Positions 1 to 8,976 of a DNA stretch of 60,677 bases are shown piece by piece. Below the pieces are notes generated by a model. The model was not told where the DNA came from, ran no database searches, and saw only the letters and a list, made by a program, of their open reading frames with translations. The stretch is taken from the IMG/VR virus record IMGVR_UViG_3300027754_000050, one strand, 5' to 3'. Source of the stretch: an uncultured virus (IMG/VR IMGVR_UViG_3300027754_000050) (taxonomy: Duplodnaviria; Heunggongvirae; Uroviricota; Caudoviricetes). The translations under genes were made by a program, and so were the position numbers. Numbering within the stretch: position 1 is the first letter of the stretch; each line of letters opens with the position of its first letter.

Positions 1-110
1 TGTTACTATTTGTTACTATTTTTTTTGTTACTATTTTAGTAACAACAATAGTAACAACAATAGTAACAACCGCAGTGTACCCTGTTACTATTTTTAGTAA
101 CAGGGTACAC
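1..110. repeat. TGTTACTATT direct and inverted repeats plus a perfect 16-bp hairpin
   Basis: TGTTACTATT x3 followed by inverted TAGTAACA x3; GTGTACCCTGTTACTA (75-90) / TAGTAACAGGGTACAC (95-110). Confidence 0.9.
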
Positions 111-118
111 ACTAGCGA

Positions 119-550
119 TCATTCTACTTCAAATACAAGATGATCTTCCCGCACAACGAAACAAGGGGGTGCAGACTTAGTAGCAGCCGATGGAGACTGG
201 TGAGCCAGCCACTCCTCTTTCGTAGCCACCACTCCATCCACAAACCGCTCGACCACTAGCTTGCCCCCCTCGACCGGATACAGTCTGTAGTACCTTGCCC
301 CATTGTGAGTGATCGTGTACGGGAAGTGTTCCCATTCGCCCCATGATAGGGGCTGGACTTCGCCACGTTCACCGCTGGCGATTCCTTCCTTGACACTTGC
401 GAGGTTGGCAAAGTCTATGCCAGCCCGAAACACGCCTACCGTAGCCTTCTCCAGTACAGTGCCCTTGCTTGCCTTGCAAGGAGTCTGAACCGTCCGGAAG
501 GATGCCTTAATGAATTGTCCTTTGCAGGACAGGAACGTAGACAACTTCAT
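119..550 (-). CDS. hypothetical phage protein
   Basis: 143-aa ORF, GGAGA RBS, downstream of motif 600. Confidence 0.8.
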   Translation of the reverse strand: MKLSTFLSCKGQFIKASFRTVQTPCKASKGTVLEKATVGVFRAGIDFANLASVKEGIASGERGEVQPLSWGEWEHFPYTITHNGARYYRLYPVEGGKLVVERFVDGVVATKEEWLAHQSPSAATKSAPPCFVVREDHLVFEVE

Positions 551-572
551 GGTTTCATTCTCCGGTGATACC

Positions 573-594
573 AGTGGCAGTAACCGCTGCCACT
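573..594 (-). promoter_or_regulatory. Leader stem-loop GTGGCAG-N6-CTGCCAC (also at about 1114, 1553, 2752)
   Basis: Inverted repeat between the motif and the RBS in four units. Confidence 0.75.
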
Positions 595-659
595 ACACCC
601 TATAAGGTACAATTAAATCATAACAATAAATATAATTGTACCTAACCCATACCGCCGGT

Positions 660-688
660 AACGGAAGGGTTTGTGTTCCCCTTCCGTT
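660..688 (-). terminator. AACGGAAGGG...CCCTTCCGTT hairpin after a stop codon (also about 1602-1629, 2256-2284; degenerate about 1172-1192)
   Basis: Repeated inverted repeat just 3' of minus-strand genes; U-tract weak. Confidence 0.5.
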
Positions 689-694
689 GTCCGA

Positions 695-1096
695 TCAGCC
701 GCACCTCACGGCCCCAGTGCCGTGGCACTCATCGCACATGCTATCGTTCCCACTGCAATAGCACTGACTCCATGCATTCGCATTCGCAGCCGGAGCGTGG
801 TACTCCGGAATCCAATTGTATCCATTGCAGTCCTCGTTGGTTTCCCAACGACCGCAATCGGCAGGGGCTGGAGAGCGGTAGGCCGCTCCGTTCCATTCCA
901 CGCTTGCAGCGTCATCGCAGGCATCGTCATCGCAGGCATCGTCGCACGGTGCGGCGACTCTGGCCGCAAGTTCTTCAACGTTATCATTCCAGTCTGCGGG
1001 CTCGCCGCAGTCAACGCACACCTCTCTAAAAGTGTCTTTCATGTCGACACTAGCGCCGCAACTTCGACAGATACTGAAATTGAAATTATTCATCAT
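695..1096 (-). CDS. Cys-rich hypothetical protein with CxxC motifs and DDAC repeats
   Basis: 133-aa ORF; CRSC, CVDC, CDECHGTG; RBS present. Confidence 0.7.
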   Translation of the reverse strand: MMNNFNFSICRSCGASVDMKDTFREVCVDCGEPADWNDNVEELAARVAAPCDDACDDDACDDAASVEWNGAAYRSPAPADCGRWETNEDCNGYNWIPEYHAPAANANAWSQCYCSGNDSMCDECHGTGAVRCG

Positions 1097-1192
1097 ATAG
1101 CTCCGGTGATACCAGTGGCAGTGTCTGCTGCCACTACCCTATAAGGTACAATTAAATTAAATTATAATAACTGGAAGGTTTGGTGTTCCCTT

Positions 1193-1531
1193 TTACAGAC
1201 CGCCGCCGGAGGTTTTCAGCCCATTGTATCCGATGGGCATTCCAATATCGTCGGCAATTATTTCTCCTGGTGCAACAACATCGTCCCTATCGAGAACCCG
1301 ATCAGCCACGACCGGATCGACGATAAATATTGTATCTTCGACTGGATCAGGCAAGCCAAATATTTCGTATACGGTTTCTACCAGCAGGAATGGTCCCAGT
1401 CCCCCGGCCATTTCAATGCTCGTGGTGACCACGTGAGCCACTGTGCCATCAGGAGGCAGCGGCCACATCTCTCCCAGCCCACCCCGAATTTTAAGAGTGG
1501 CTCCAGTTAGGTTCACAAACTTCAATTTCAT
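1193..1531 (-). CDS. conserved-looking phage hypothetical protein
   Basis: 112-aa ORF with NLT..LPPxG..GLPxP..IV pattern; GAGGA RBS. Confidence 0.75.
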   Translation of the reverse strand: MKLKFVNLTGATLKIRGGLGEMWPLPPDGTVAHVVTTSIEMAGGLGPFLLVETVYEIFGLPDPVEDTIFIVDPVVADRVLDRDDVVAPGEIIADDIGMPIGYNGLKTSGGGL

Positions 1532-1634
1532 GAGATTTATCCTCGATAACAGGTGGCAGGTACCGCTGCCACAACATAAGGTACAATTAAATTATAGTAA
1601 CCGGAAGGGTCTGGCGTTCCCCTTCCGTTGTGAA

Positions 1635-1871
1635 TCATGCCTGCTGGGGCAAGGGCAGCAGGGCGTAAGCCTCAGGCAGGCTGTACTCACCGCTAATAGC
1701 CTCGGAGATGCTGTCGATGTTGCCGTGGAGACTTACGGCATATCCGCCGTTCGTCTTCACAATGTTCAAGAGGTCATTCGCCTCTTGAACGTCGTACGCG
1801 ACACCGATGTGGCAATCGCCACTAACTCCCGCCTCCAGCTTGCCGCCGATACCGTAAATCATGATTTTCAT
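1635..1871 (-). CDS. hypothetical protein
   Basis: 78-aa ORF, GGAGA RBS, between motif copies. Confidence 0.7.
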   Translation of the reverse strand: MKIMIYGIGGKLEAGVSGDCHIGVAYDVQEANDLLNIVKTNGGYAVSLHGNIDSISEAISGEYSLPEAYALLPLPQQA

Positions 1872-1933
1872 CGTTCTTCTCCGTTGATAACAGGGGACAG
1901 TATCCTATGCCACTATAAGGTACAATTAATTCC

Positions 1934-2161
1934 TCAAGCCCCTCTGGACAAGATAATATGTTCTGAGAACTGTTCTAGCAGTTCCCGTTTGAGTCGTGCC
2001 GGAACGATTCCTGCTTCTGCAAGAATCTTCCGCACTATCGTCGCAACGCTTCGCCCAGACGAGTGTTTCATACCTAGCGTCTCCAACTTTAGGGCACTCT
2101 TTATCGAGAGAAGACGCCACATCTCGATGTTATCTTTTCCAGTGATGACAAATTCTGCCAT
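1934..2161 (-). CDS. hypothetical protein (MAEFVIT...)
   Basis: Start moved to the ATG after the AGGAGA RBS. Confidence 0.75.
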   Translation of the reverse strand: MAEFVITGKDNIEMWRLLSIKSALKLETLGMKHSSGRSVATIVRKILAEAGIVPARLKRELLEQFSEHIILSRGA

Positions 2162-2291
2162 TTTGATTCTCCTATATTGGGGACTCCGATACACCCTATA
2201 AGGTACAATTAAATTATAAGAACGGATATAATTGTACCTAACCCATGCTGCCGGTAACGGAAGGGTTGGCGTTCCCCTTCCGTTGTTGGCA

Positions 2292-2732
2292 TCAGGCAGC
2301 AACCCGATCAATCCCATCCGCAGAGATTTCAAGGACAACGTCGCAGACGGTTTTTCCCGTCCGACTCTTTGGCGGCAGTGCATCGAGGACGGCAGCGACC
2401 GTCTCAAACGCCGAATCAACGTCTTTCATTCTCGCCTTCAGAGCCGCATCTCCGCTTTTTTCCCCTTCGATTGCTTCCGTCATCGCCTCTACCAGCACTT
2501 TCATCGCAGCCTCACGAGTCGCCCCCAATCGGGGAATCAGAGTTGCCATGATCGCCTTTAGGGGCATGGCGATTGTCGGGGTGTACTGCTCATCCTGCGA
2601 CTTCTTCACTTCGCCCTTCACCCTCATGGTGATCGTTTCATCCACCATATAGACCCCCACCGCAAGATTAGAGGCTTTTGCCATCTTGCCAAGAGTGGAT
2701 GCCAATGCCGTGAGAACAACATCATTCATCAT
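2292..2732 (-). CDS. hypothetical protein
   Basis: Start moved to MMNDVV after AGGAGA. Confidence 0.8.
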   Translation of the reverse strand: MMNDVVLTALASTLGKMAKASNLAVGVYMVDETITMRVKGEVKKSQDEQYTPTIAMPLKAIMATLIPRLGATREAAMKVLVEAMTEAIEGEKSGDAALKARMKDVDSAFETVAAVLDALPPKSRTGKTVCDVVLEISADGIDRVAA

Positions 2733-2809
2733 TTTTCTCCTTGGATAACCGGTGGCAGGTACTGCTGCCACACCCTATAAGGTACAATTGAATTTATTAG
2801 ATCGTAAAT

Positions 2810-3010
2810 TCAGCTTTCATCAAAATCCCTTTCCTCACTATCGTCATCACTTTCGTCATAGACAAGCAGGGGTTCGGATACCCCGCCGAGTCTGGGGCGT
2901 ATTGCTTCCACAGAAACCACTACACCAGTTTTTAGGTGTATGGCATCAGCGTACTGGCACGCCGCCACAAGACTAGCAAACTTTTTGCGGTTATTTACGA
3001 TGTATTTCAT
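2810..3010 (-). CDS. hypothetical protein, acidic tail shared with the neighbouring gene
   Basis: 66 aa; RBS present. Confidence 0.65.
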   Translation of the reverse strand: MKYIVNNRKKFASLVAACQYADAIHLKTGVVVSVEAIRPRLGGVSEPLLVYDESDDDSEERDFDES

Positions 3011-3062
3011 GATAGTCTCCTGATAGTCTCCTGATACACCTTATAAGGTACAATAAATTTTA

Positions 3063-3251
3063 TCATTCATAGTCTTCATCGTTCCCGTGTCCAGCGGATG
3101 CCATGCCGCTATCCCAATCTCCATCCATGCTCTCATCAAAATCCCTTTCCTCACTCTCCATTTCCTCACTATCGTCATCACTTTCGTCTTCATATGAAAC
3201 GAATCCGTCAAGTTCTTCCTGTAAATCTCTAGCAATTTCAGAATTATTCAT
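3063..3251 (-). CDS. acidic hypothetical protein
   Basis: 62 aa between motif copies. Confidence 0.65.
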   Translation of the reverse strand: MNNSEIARDLQEELDGFVSYEDESDDDSEEMESEERDFDESMDGDWDSGMASAGHGNDEDYE

Positions 3252-3307
3252 TATATTCCTTTACTATGAAGGGTAGACACACCCTATAAGGTACAATTAA
3301 AAAATAA

Positions 3308-3559
3308 TTACTGAGCAGCAATGTCACTGAGAACGGCTTGTCGGCAATCCGGCGGTAGGTCGTGCAGTCCTATCCGCTTGCCAAGATGACGGCCCGGCAT
3401 TGCGGTACAGTGCTGCCCGAATCCTTGCGGATGGAAGGGATGTTTGCTCATTCCGAGTGCTGAATACAACCGCTTGCCTTCCCGTTGGTTCATATAGACC
3501 GCCGTGTAGCGGTCAATCGTTTTGCCGCCGTTATCGTAGATTCGGAGCGAGGGATTCAT
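3308..3559 (-). CDS. phage hypothetical protein (YDNGGxTxDRYT)
   Basis: 83 aa, AGGAGA RBS. Confidence 0.8.
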   Translation of the reverse strand: MNPSLRIYDNGGKTIDRYTAVYMNQREGKRLYSALGMSKHPFHPQGFGQHCTAMPGRHLGKRIGLHDLPPDCRQAVLSDIAAQ

Positions 3560-3609
3560 TTTATATCTCCTTTAGTAGGGTGCAATTGGTTTATAAGGTA
3601 CAATACGAA

Positions 3610-3912
3610 TCAGGTCACAATGTTATCCCCGCCCCATACTCTCATGTTCAGAGCTTTCATGAATTCCTTATTGTAACTGGCGTGCGAGTCGCCAGCATTG
3701 AACTGTGCTTCCGCCTGTTCCAACACCGATGCCAGTTTTTCGACCGCCACCGTTAGTGTGCGTGCGAGTTCCTCCTGATAGCAGATGACCGCTCGCACCT
3801 CAGAAAGCAGCACGGACGACACGGTCGGTACGCGAACCTCGACCAGTGGCGGACGTTGATAAAACTTATGGTTGGTCTTTAATAGGACTTTGCAATCTTC
3901 AATGAATGACAT
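3610..3912 (-). CDS. hypothetical protein
   Basis: 100 aa between motif copies. Confidence 0.7.
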   Translation of the reverse strand: MSFIEDCKVLLKTNHKFYQRPPLVEVRVPTVSSVLLSEVRAVICYQEELARTLTVAVEKLASVLEQAEAQFNAGDSHASYNKEFMKALNMRVWGGDNIVT

Positions 3913-4151
3913 TATTTTTATCCTTTTTCTATTTTATAAACCGTTCACATTATAAGGTACAATACGATATTACCATCCATCCGTTCTTTACTACCATCGT
4001 GGAGCCACGAGGATCGCTTCACAAGCCAATCCAGTAGTAGTTCCTATGAATACTAGGTCTGGGAGTTAAACCCAGCGTCAAGAATATATAAGATTCTTCT
4101 GCCAATCGGTTTCCACCTAGTGTATGCCCTATAAGGTACAATAAAAAGTGG

Positions 4152-4277
4152 AAGTCGTAAGTCGTTGTTGCCATTGGGTTTACAACTTCTAAGGTTATAG
4201 TAGAAGTCATAAGTCGTTATGGGACAAGCACTTACGAGTTGTCAAGTCGTAAGTCGTTATCACCATTAGGTTTACAA
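4152..4277. repeat. Imperfect repeats AAGTCGTAAGTCGTT...GGTTTACAA
   Basis: Copies at about 4152, 4204 and 4244. Confidence 0.8.
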
Positions 4278-4820
4278 TCAATTTGCCCCAAAAACGGTAC
4301 ACCACCAAACGTGTCCGTCACTTGTTTTGGTATATCCTGTTCCAATTTCCTTAAATTTTTCATTTAGGATAGCGTCCCTATGTCCTTTTGAGTTCATCCA
4401 ACCTTTCATTATTGTTATCATATTTTCAGCACCGCTGCCTGGCTCACCGTGTGCGATATTTTCTCCTACAGTCGCCCGACATGGGTTTCGGGCTGCTATA
4501 CTTTCACCACCTTTGATAACCTCGTAAATGTCTTCAAACTTGAAGTATCCGGTATTGATAACGCGATTCACAGGATGCCAATTGCTTTTCTTCCAATCCG
4601 CGAGATTATCTGGCACATTTCCTCTTGTATGGCTCATTAACACCACACTTGCCATCCAATTCGTTTGATCCTGTGCTGCCGCATTTAGCCGACTGTTTTG
4701 TTCCAGTGGGGCTAGTGAGGCTTTATACCGTTCTTTGTTCACAAGACACGTTAGTGCATCATTACCGTGGCATACACTGCACAGAAGTACGATACATGAT
4801 AGTAGTAGTTTTTGTATCAT
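4278..4820 (-). CDS. CAP/SCP domain secreted protein
   Basis: Signal-peptide-like N-terminus; GENIA, WMNSKGHRDAILN, EIGTG motifs. Confidence 0.9.
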   Translation of the reverse strand: MIQKLLLSCIVLLCSVCHGNDALTCLVNKERYKASLAPLEQNSRLNAAAQDQTNWMASVVLMSHTRGNVPDNLADWKKSNWHPVNRVINTGYFKFEDIYEVIKGGESIAARNPCRATVGENIAHGEPGSGAENMITIMKGWMNSKGHRDAILNEKFKEIGTGYTKTSDGHVWWCTVFGAN

Positions 4821-4947
4821 TTTTCCTTTACAATCTGCCAATTTCCATTACGGATGGTTCTGCTGTGGTCGCAACCCCATAGGGGATAATCATCCACAAA
4901 TTTTTGTGCTTGTTCCTCTGTGGCGTATTGGATAAGGTCACGGTCGT

Positions 4948-5208
4948 TCACTCGTTCTGGGGCATCACAATCTCAACAAACCGCGACAGCATTCGCAGAC
5001 GATCCAACCGGATTGTGCGGGTCGAACGCTCGTTGCAAAGATCGTCGATGTACCCGACCGCACTGCGTGGAATTCGCTGATCCAGAGACAACGCAAGCCG
5101 CTCAGTGACGATCTCACTGGTTGGATTCCCTCCAACTAGGATGCCCATGCTCTCGACCGCTTGCGTGTCACCTGAGAGCAAATACCCATCGTAAATTTTT
5201 GTCGTCAT
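4948..5208 (-). CDS. hypothetical protein
   Basis: MTTKIY start after AGGAG. Confidence 0.55.
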   Translation of the reverse strand: MTTKIYDGYLLSGDTQAVESMGILVGGNPTSEIVTERLALSLDQRIPRSAVGYIDDLCNERSTRTIRLDRLRMLSRFVEIVMPQNE

Positions 5209-5355
5209 CGCTCGTCTCCTCCTCTGGTTTCCACGTTCCGGTGGGCACACATTGCACCCACTCCTCGTATCGTTCACTCGTTCGGGGTTATCGGATTGCT
5301 TTCCGCATGATCTCTAGGTGTTGGTCGCTCAATCGGTTTCCACCTAGTGTATGCC

Positions 5356-5532
5356 CTATAAGGTATCTTTTACAATCTGCCAATTTCCATTCCGGATGGT
5401 TCTGCTGTGGTCACAACCCCATAGGGGATAATCGTCCACAAATTTTTGTGCGGCGGCTTCTGTGGCGTATTGGATAGTTGTCATTGGTATCCAATCTTCT
5501 TGTCGTTTATCAAAAATATAAATTTTATACAC
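5356..5532 (-). CDS. 58-aa hypothetical protein ending in a half motif; partial second copy at about 4817-4935
   Basis: Hand-translated (below the ORF track cutoff); GTG start after GGAGGAG. Confidence 0.6.
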   Translation of the reverse strand: MYKIYIFDKRQEDWIPMTTIQYATEAAAQKFVDDYPLWGCDHSRTIRNGNWQIVKDTL

Positions 5533-5561
5533 GTTAAATTTCTCCTCCCTATAAGGTACAA

Positions 5562-5750
5562 TTAAATAGGGAGTATATTGTTTGCGATAAAACCTGCCGT
5601 ATTACAGGTGTTCTCCCGTGAGGAATTTATAGCATCGAATATTTTTGTGATTGTGTTGGAATCGAGGTATAGTATATCTATTTCCCATTCATCACTGAGG
5701 TATTTCAGAACGGATACAGTGAAAGCACATTCGTTTGGGTTCGTATTCAT
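5562..5750 (-). CDS. hypothetical protein
   Basis: 62 aa; stop inside the motif. Confidence 0.65.
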   Translation of the reverse strand: MNTNPNECAFTVSVLKYLSDEWEIDILYLDSNTITKIFDAINSSRENTCNTAGFIANNILPI

Positions 5751-5788
5751 CCATCATGGCTCCTTATATTAAAATATACCGTGCCAGT

Positions 5789-6358
5789 TCAAAGTTTTAA
5801 TTTAAATTTAGGATAAATTTCAATTTTATTATCTTCTGCCAACCAACCATCCACATCAAAATCATGCCAACTGATCTGTCTCATACCACACCACAAGAAA
5901 TTTAAAAATTGATTATTAATACATTCTGAATATTTTTTTCTTTTGCAGACCTGTCGTTCATAAGATAAAATATCTAAATCGTTAGGATTTTTAGAGCCAT
6001 TAGCCATACTTCCAAACACCCAGACATTATGGACAATATGGTATCTAAAATCTGTATTATTATTTCCTACAAAAACCCCCTCTATAATTTTTAATCTTTC
6101 ATGTATTGTTTTGCAATATTCAAAAGCCTTTTCTCTATCAAGATTTTTTTTATTCTTTTTATGTTTTTCAATTACCAAATCATCAGGATTTTCTTTTATG
6201 GGCTTTCTGATCTTCCAGTCCAAAGCCCGTCGAATACAAGTATCTTTGTTGGCAAATTTTAGAGCTTCCAATATTTTATTTTTGCCGATCTTTTCGATAA
6301 AAGCATCCTCACAACAATGGTATCTTGAGACTATTCTGAGTAAATCTTCTAATAGCAC
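5789..6358 (-). CDS. Pol-beta-like nucleotidyltransferase domain protein
   Basis: VWVFGS...NDLDIL (hGS..DxD) motif. Confidence 0.65.
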   Translation of the reverse strand: MLLEDLLRIVSRYHCCEDAFIEKIGKNKILEALKFANKDTCIRRALDWKIRKPIKENPDDLVIEKHKKNKKNLDREKAFEYCKTIHERLKIIEGVFVGNNNTDFRYHIVHNVWVFGSMANGSKNPNDLDILSYERQVCKRKKYSECINNQFLNFLWCGMRQISWHDFDVDGWLAEDNKIEIYPKFKLKL

Positions 6359-6370
6359 AATAACACTTTG

Positions 6371-6568
6371 TTATTCTTTTTCTATTGTTTCTGTTGTAAA
6401 TCTTTCGCCCCAACAGGCCCGCTCACTCACATCGGCTCCGGTGGCAAAAACTTCAGAGCCGTCCTCATTAGAAATGAATAGGGAAAGGTGATCGTCCGTA
6501 TCCCTGACGATCATCACCTTCCAAGAGCCGATTGATACAGTCTCAGATTCATGGTTAATCGTCGTCAT
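6371..6568 (-). CDS. hypothetical protein
   Basis: ORF, start adjusted to MTTINH. Confidence 0.6.
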   Translation of the reverse strand: MTTINHESETVSIGSWKVMIVRDTDDHLSLFISNEDGSEVFATGADVSERACWGERFTTETIEKE

Positions 6569-6761
6569 CGTCGCACAATATCCCTTCATTACTGGACGAT
6601 ATTTCTTCCCAAAGCTCCTCATCGCTGGCGGCTTCTAGTCTTTCAACAATATCGTTGAAAACGTGCATACTAATATCTTTCTGAGACATCCCTTCCAGTA
6701 TTGACTCAGCATGGCGATACACAAGATCACTACGATTTGCGTCTGTAATTTCTGTAATCAT
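6555..6761 (-). CDS. hypothetical protein
   Basis: 68 aa, RBS. Confidence 0.65.
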   Translation of the reverse strand: MITEITDANRSDLVYRHAESILEGMSQKDISMHVFNDIVERLEAASDEELWEEISSSNEGILCDDDDD

Positions 6762-6769
6762 GATTACTC

Positions 6770-7084
6770 CTATTTTCTTCCTTGATGAGCTGGAAATCGA
6801 GAGTACAATTCCTCTCGTAGATCAGTGAGGTCAACATTAAGATAAACGGGGCCTTTATTCCCTCCGTCGATAAAATTTTCGTGATAAAAGAAGTCTAAAC
6901 TACTTGTGGCAATTAGCTCTTTCCCGTGGTATAAAAGAATGATGAACGAATCACCTTCTTTTTCGATGACGATTTTGCCGTCGTGCAGTACGCTGTTTCT
7001 GACTGCTCGCATCAACCCACCTGCCAGTGGCTCGTCACGGGTGTATTGAACATCCACTTCAATAGTGCGGTATTTTTCGGCCAT
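6770..7084 (-). CDS. hypothetical protein
   Basis: 104-aa ORF. Confidence 0.7.
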   Translation of the reverse strand: MAEKYRTIEVDVQYTRDEPLAGGLMRAVRNSVLHDGKIVIEKEGDSFIILLYHGKELIATSSLDFFYHENFIDGGNKGPVYLNVDLTDLREELYSRFPAHQGRK

Positions 7085-7177
7085 TGTGATTCTCTTTCTT
7101 GAAATCGCCTACAAGCCCATACCCTATAAGGTACAATTAAACTTCATTTATGTTTTTGCCGTTTTTCAGAATAACCG

Positions 7178-7582
7178 TCAGGCATCACTAAAACAGCGTG
7201 GTTTGAAACAATCTAGTATTTCAAGTTTCTTTAAGTTAGCCCCCAGAACAACTTCCATGTTAAGCTCTTTTGCGACACTAATGCCGAAATCAAAAACGCA
7301 TTCAACGCCGCCTCGGGGATTCTTCTTTCGGTTGTCAGACAGTTCAAACCTCACAGCCAGACCGTCATTGGTGAAATCGGATGTGACTACTGTTGCCACT
7401 CCATAACCTAACCAAACCACGCCATCATCTGTACAATGTGGCCTATCGCCAGATTGATCTTTGAGTGAGTACCTTTTACTGAGGCGATCAAACCATAAGC
7501 TGTGACCATTTGTTCCATCTGTGAAGCACAGCTTCCAATCGTAATCATTGCTATCTCTAATCATTTTTTCTCTCTTTGTCAT
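7178..7582 (-). CDS. hypothetical protein
   Basis: Start adjusted to the ATG downstream of motif 7603. Confidence 0.7.
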   Translation of the reverse strand: MTKREKMIRDSNDYDWKLCFTDGTNGHSLWFDRLSKRYSLKDQSGDRPHCTDDGVVWLGYGVATVVTSDFTNDGLAVRFELSDNRKKNPRGGVECVFDFGISVAKELNMEVVLGANLKKLEILDCFKPRCFSDA

Positions 7583-7615
7583 CTGGGAATAGTAGTCATA
7601 CCCTATAAGGTACAA

Positions 7616-7960
7616 TTAAACTTCATTTATGTTTTTGCCGTTTTTCAGAATAACCGTTTTTATATCACCATAATACTGGCGGGCGTATTCGTTTGCGGCA
7701 AGATCATTTATTGTGCGAATACTTTCTAATATTTTCCATCCATCACCGTCTTTCACTGCGATCTCGTAGCTTATCGCCCATGTTTCGTTCATAAGATCAT
7801 TGCAGGCAGCGGCAGCGTGGGATATTTCCCCTTCGTTATAGTGAGGAAATATATTTATTAGATCGGATATATTCGCATTTGCACCGTTGTCATCCCATGA
7901 AATTTTTACCTCATGACCGTCTACATTCACGCTATCTCGGCTTGTTGTTGTATTATTCAT
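7616..7960 (-). CDS. hypothetical protein
   Basis: 114 aa; stop inside the motif. Confidence 0.7.
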   Translation of the reverse strand: MNNTTTSRDSVNVDGHEVKISWDDNGANANISDLINIFPHYNEGEISHAAAACNDLMNETWAISYEIAVKDGDGWKILESIRTINDLAANEYARQYYGDIKTVILKNGKNINEV

Positions 7961-8282
7961 TATATTTTCCTGGGATGTTCCATGCCTTGCTATCCTTATT
8001 GTATCCTGTTAATTCCGTTAAGAATACGACTGCATCCTCTGAATTTTGGAAATCCTGTATCCAGCGTATATCGCATCCTTCTCGATACCATGCGTATACT
8101 GTATAGGTTGTTGTATTGCTTTCATCGAAATGTTCGATGTATTCCGACTCTTTGATATATGGGCGGCGATTCGGAACGGTGGCATTATCAGTAACGGTAA
8201 CGATTACGAAACTTTTATATTTCGAGCGTTTGTTCGGATTCTTTACTGTTCCTGTAAAGAATCTTGTTTTAATATCATTCAT
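7953..8282 (-). CDS. hypothetical protein
   Basis: 109 aa, overlaps neighbours. Confidence 0.7.
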   Translation of the reverse strand: MNDIKTRFFTGTVKNPNKRSKYKSFVIVTVTDNATVPNRRPYIKESEYIEHFDESNTTTYTVYAWYREGCDIRWIQDFQNSEDAVVFLTELTGYNKDSKAWNIPGKYNE

Positions 8283-8430
8283 TGTGTTGTCTCGGTCGTA
8301 ATATATTCGCTACGTTTTCGATTCTTCCTGCTTCCGCAAGCATCTCACCTGCAATGTTTCTCAGGGAGGCGGCTTTCGCTCGCAAACTCTCCGCTTCGTC
8401 CGTGATTCTTTCTTTTGGTGTCTTTTCCAT
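8275..8430 (-). CDS. 51-aa hypothetical protein
   Basis: Hand-translated, TGATG-coupled to the upstream ORF. Confidence 0.55.
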   Translation of the reverse strand: MEKTPKERITDEAESLRAKAASLRNIAGEMLAEAGRIENVANILRPRQHNE

Positions 8431-8594
8431 CACTCCGTGTCCTCAGTGATTTCGCCAACAACAATATCCCCTATCTGATGCGAGTTCGACAGTTCGTCTA
8501 CTCTTTGCTGCATTGCATCTTCTCCAGAAACCACTTCCCAGAAACGATGAGGCACAGCATTACCCCAAACCCAACAAACAACATAGTCGCTCAT
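8430..8594 (-). CDS. 54-aa hypothetical protein
   Basis: Hand-translated, AAGGA RBS. Confidence 0.55.
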   Translation of the reverse strand: MSDYVVCWVWGNAVPHRFWEVVSGEDAMQQRVDELSNSHQIGDIVVGEITEDTE

Positions 8595-8726
8595 CGCTAA
8601 AATCCTTTGGTGTCTTAACTATAAGATAAGGTACAATTAAATAATATCAACGGCAGAAAGTCTGTATTCTCTGGCTTTTTCTTCCAACCGAGAGGCGGTG
8701 CCTTCGTTTATTTCGCCAATATCATT

Positions 8727-8939
8727 CTAACTATTTCTGGGTCTTCCACGGTACTGTGGCATCTCCTCTAAGCGATTTTTCTCAGCAGCGACTTCTTCGT
8801 GATCCGTACTGTGCCCCCCGATCCCTAGGCACGCTTCGGAGTCAAGCACTGAAAGCATCAGTCCACCGTCGTCAACATAGACATGTGCGTCTTTTGGGAG
8901 GGTGTTAAGCCATCTCTTCAGTTCTTTTGCTGTGATCAT
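8727..8939 (-). CDS. hypothetical protein
   Basis: 70-aa ORF. Confidence 0.7.
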   Translation of the reverse strand: MITAKELKRWLNTLPKDAHVYVDDGGLMLSVLDSEACLGIGGHSTDHEEVAAEKNRLEEMPQYRGRPRNS

Positions 8940-8976
8940 GTCTCAATAAATTCCTTTGTTACAAGATAAGGTACAA

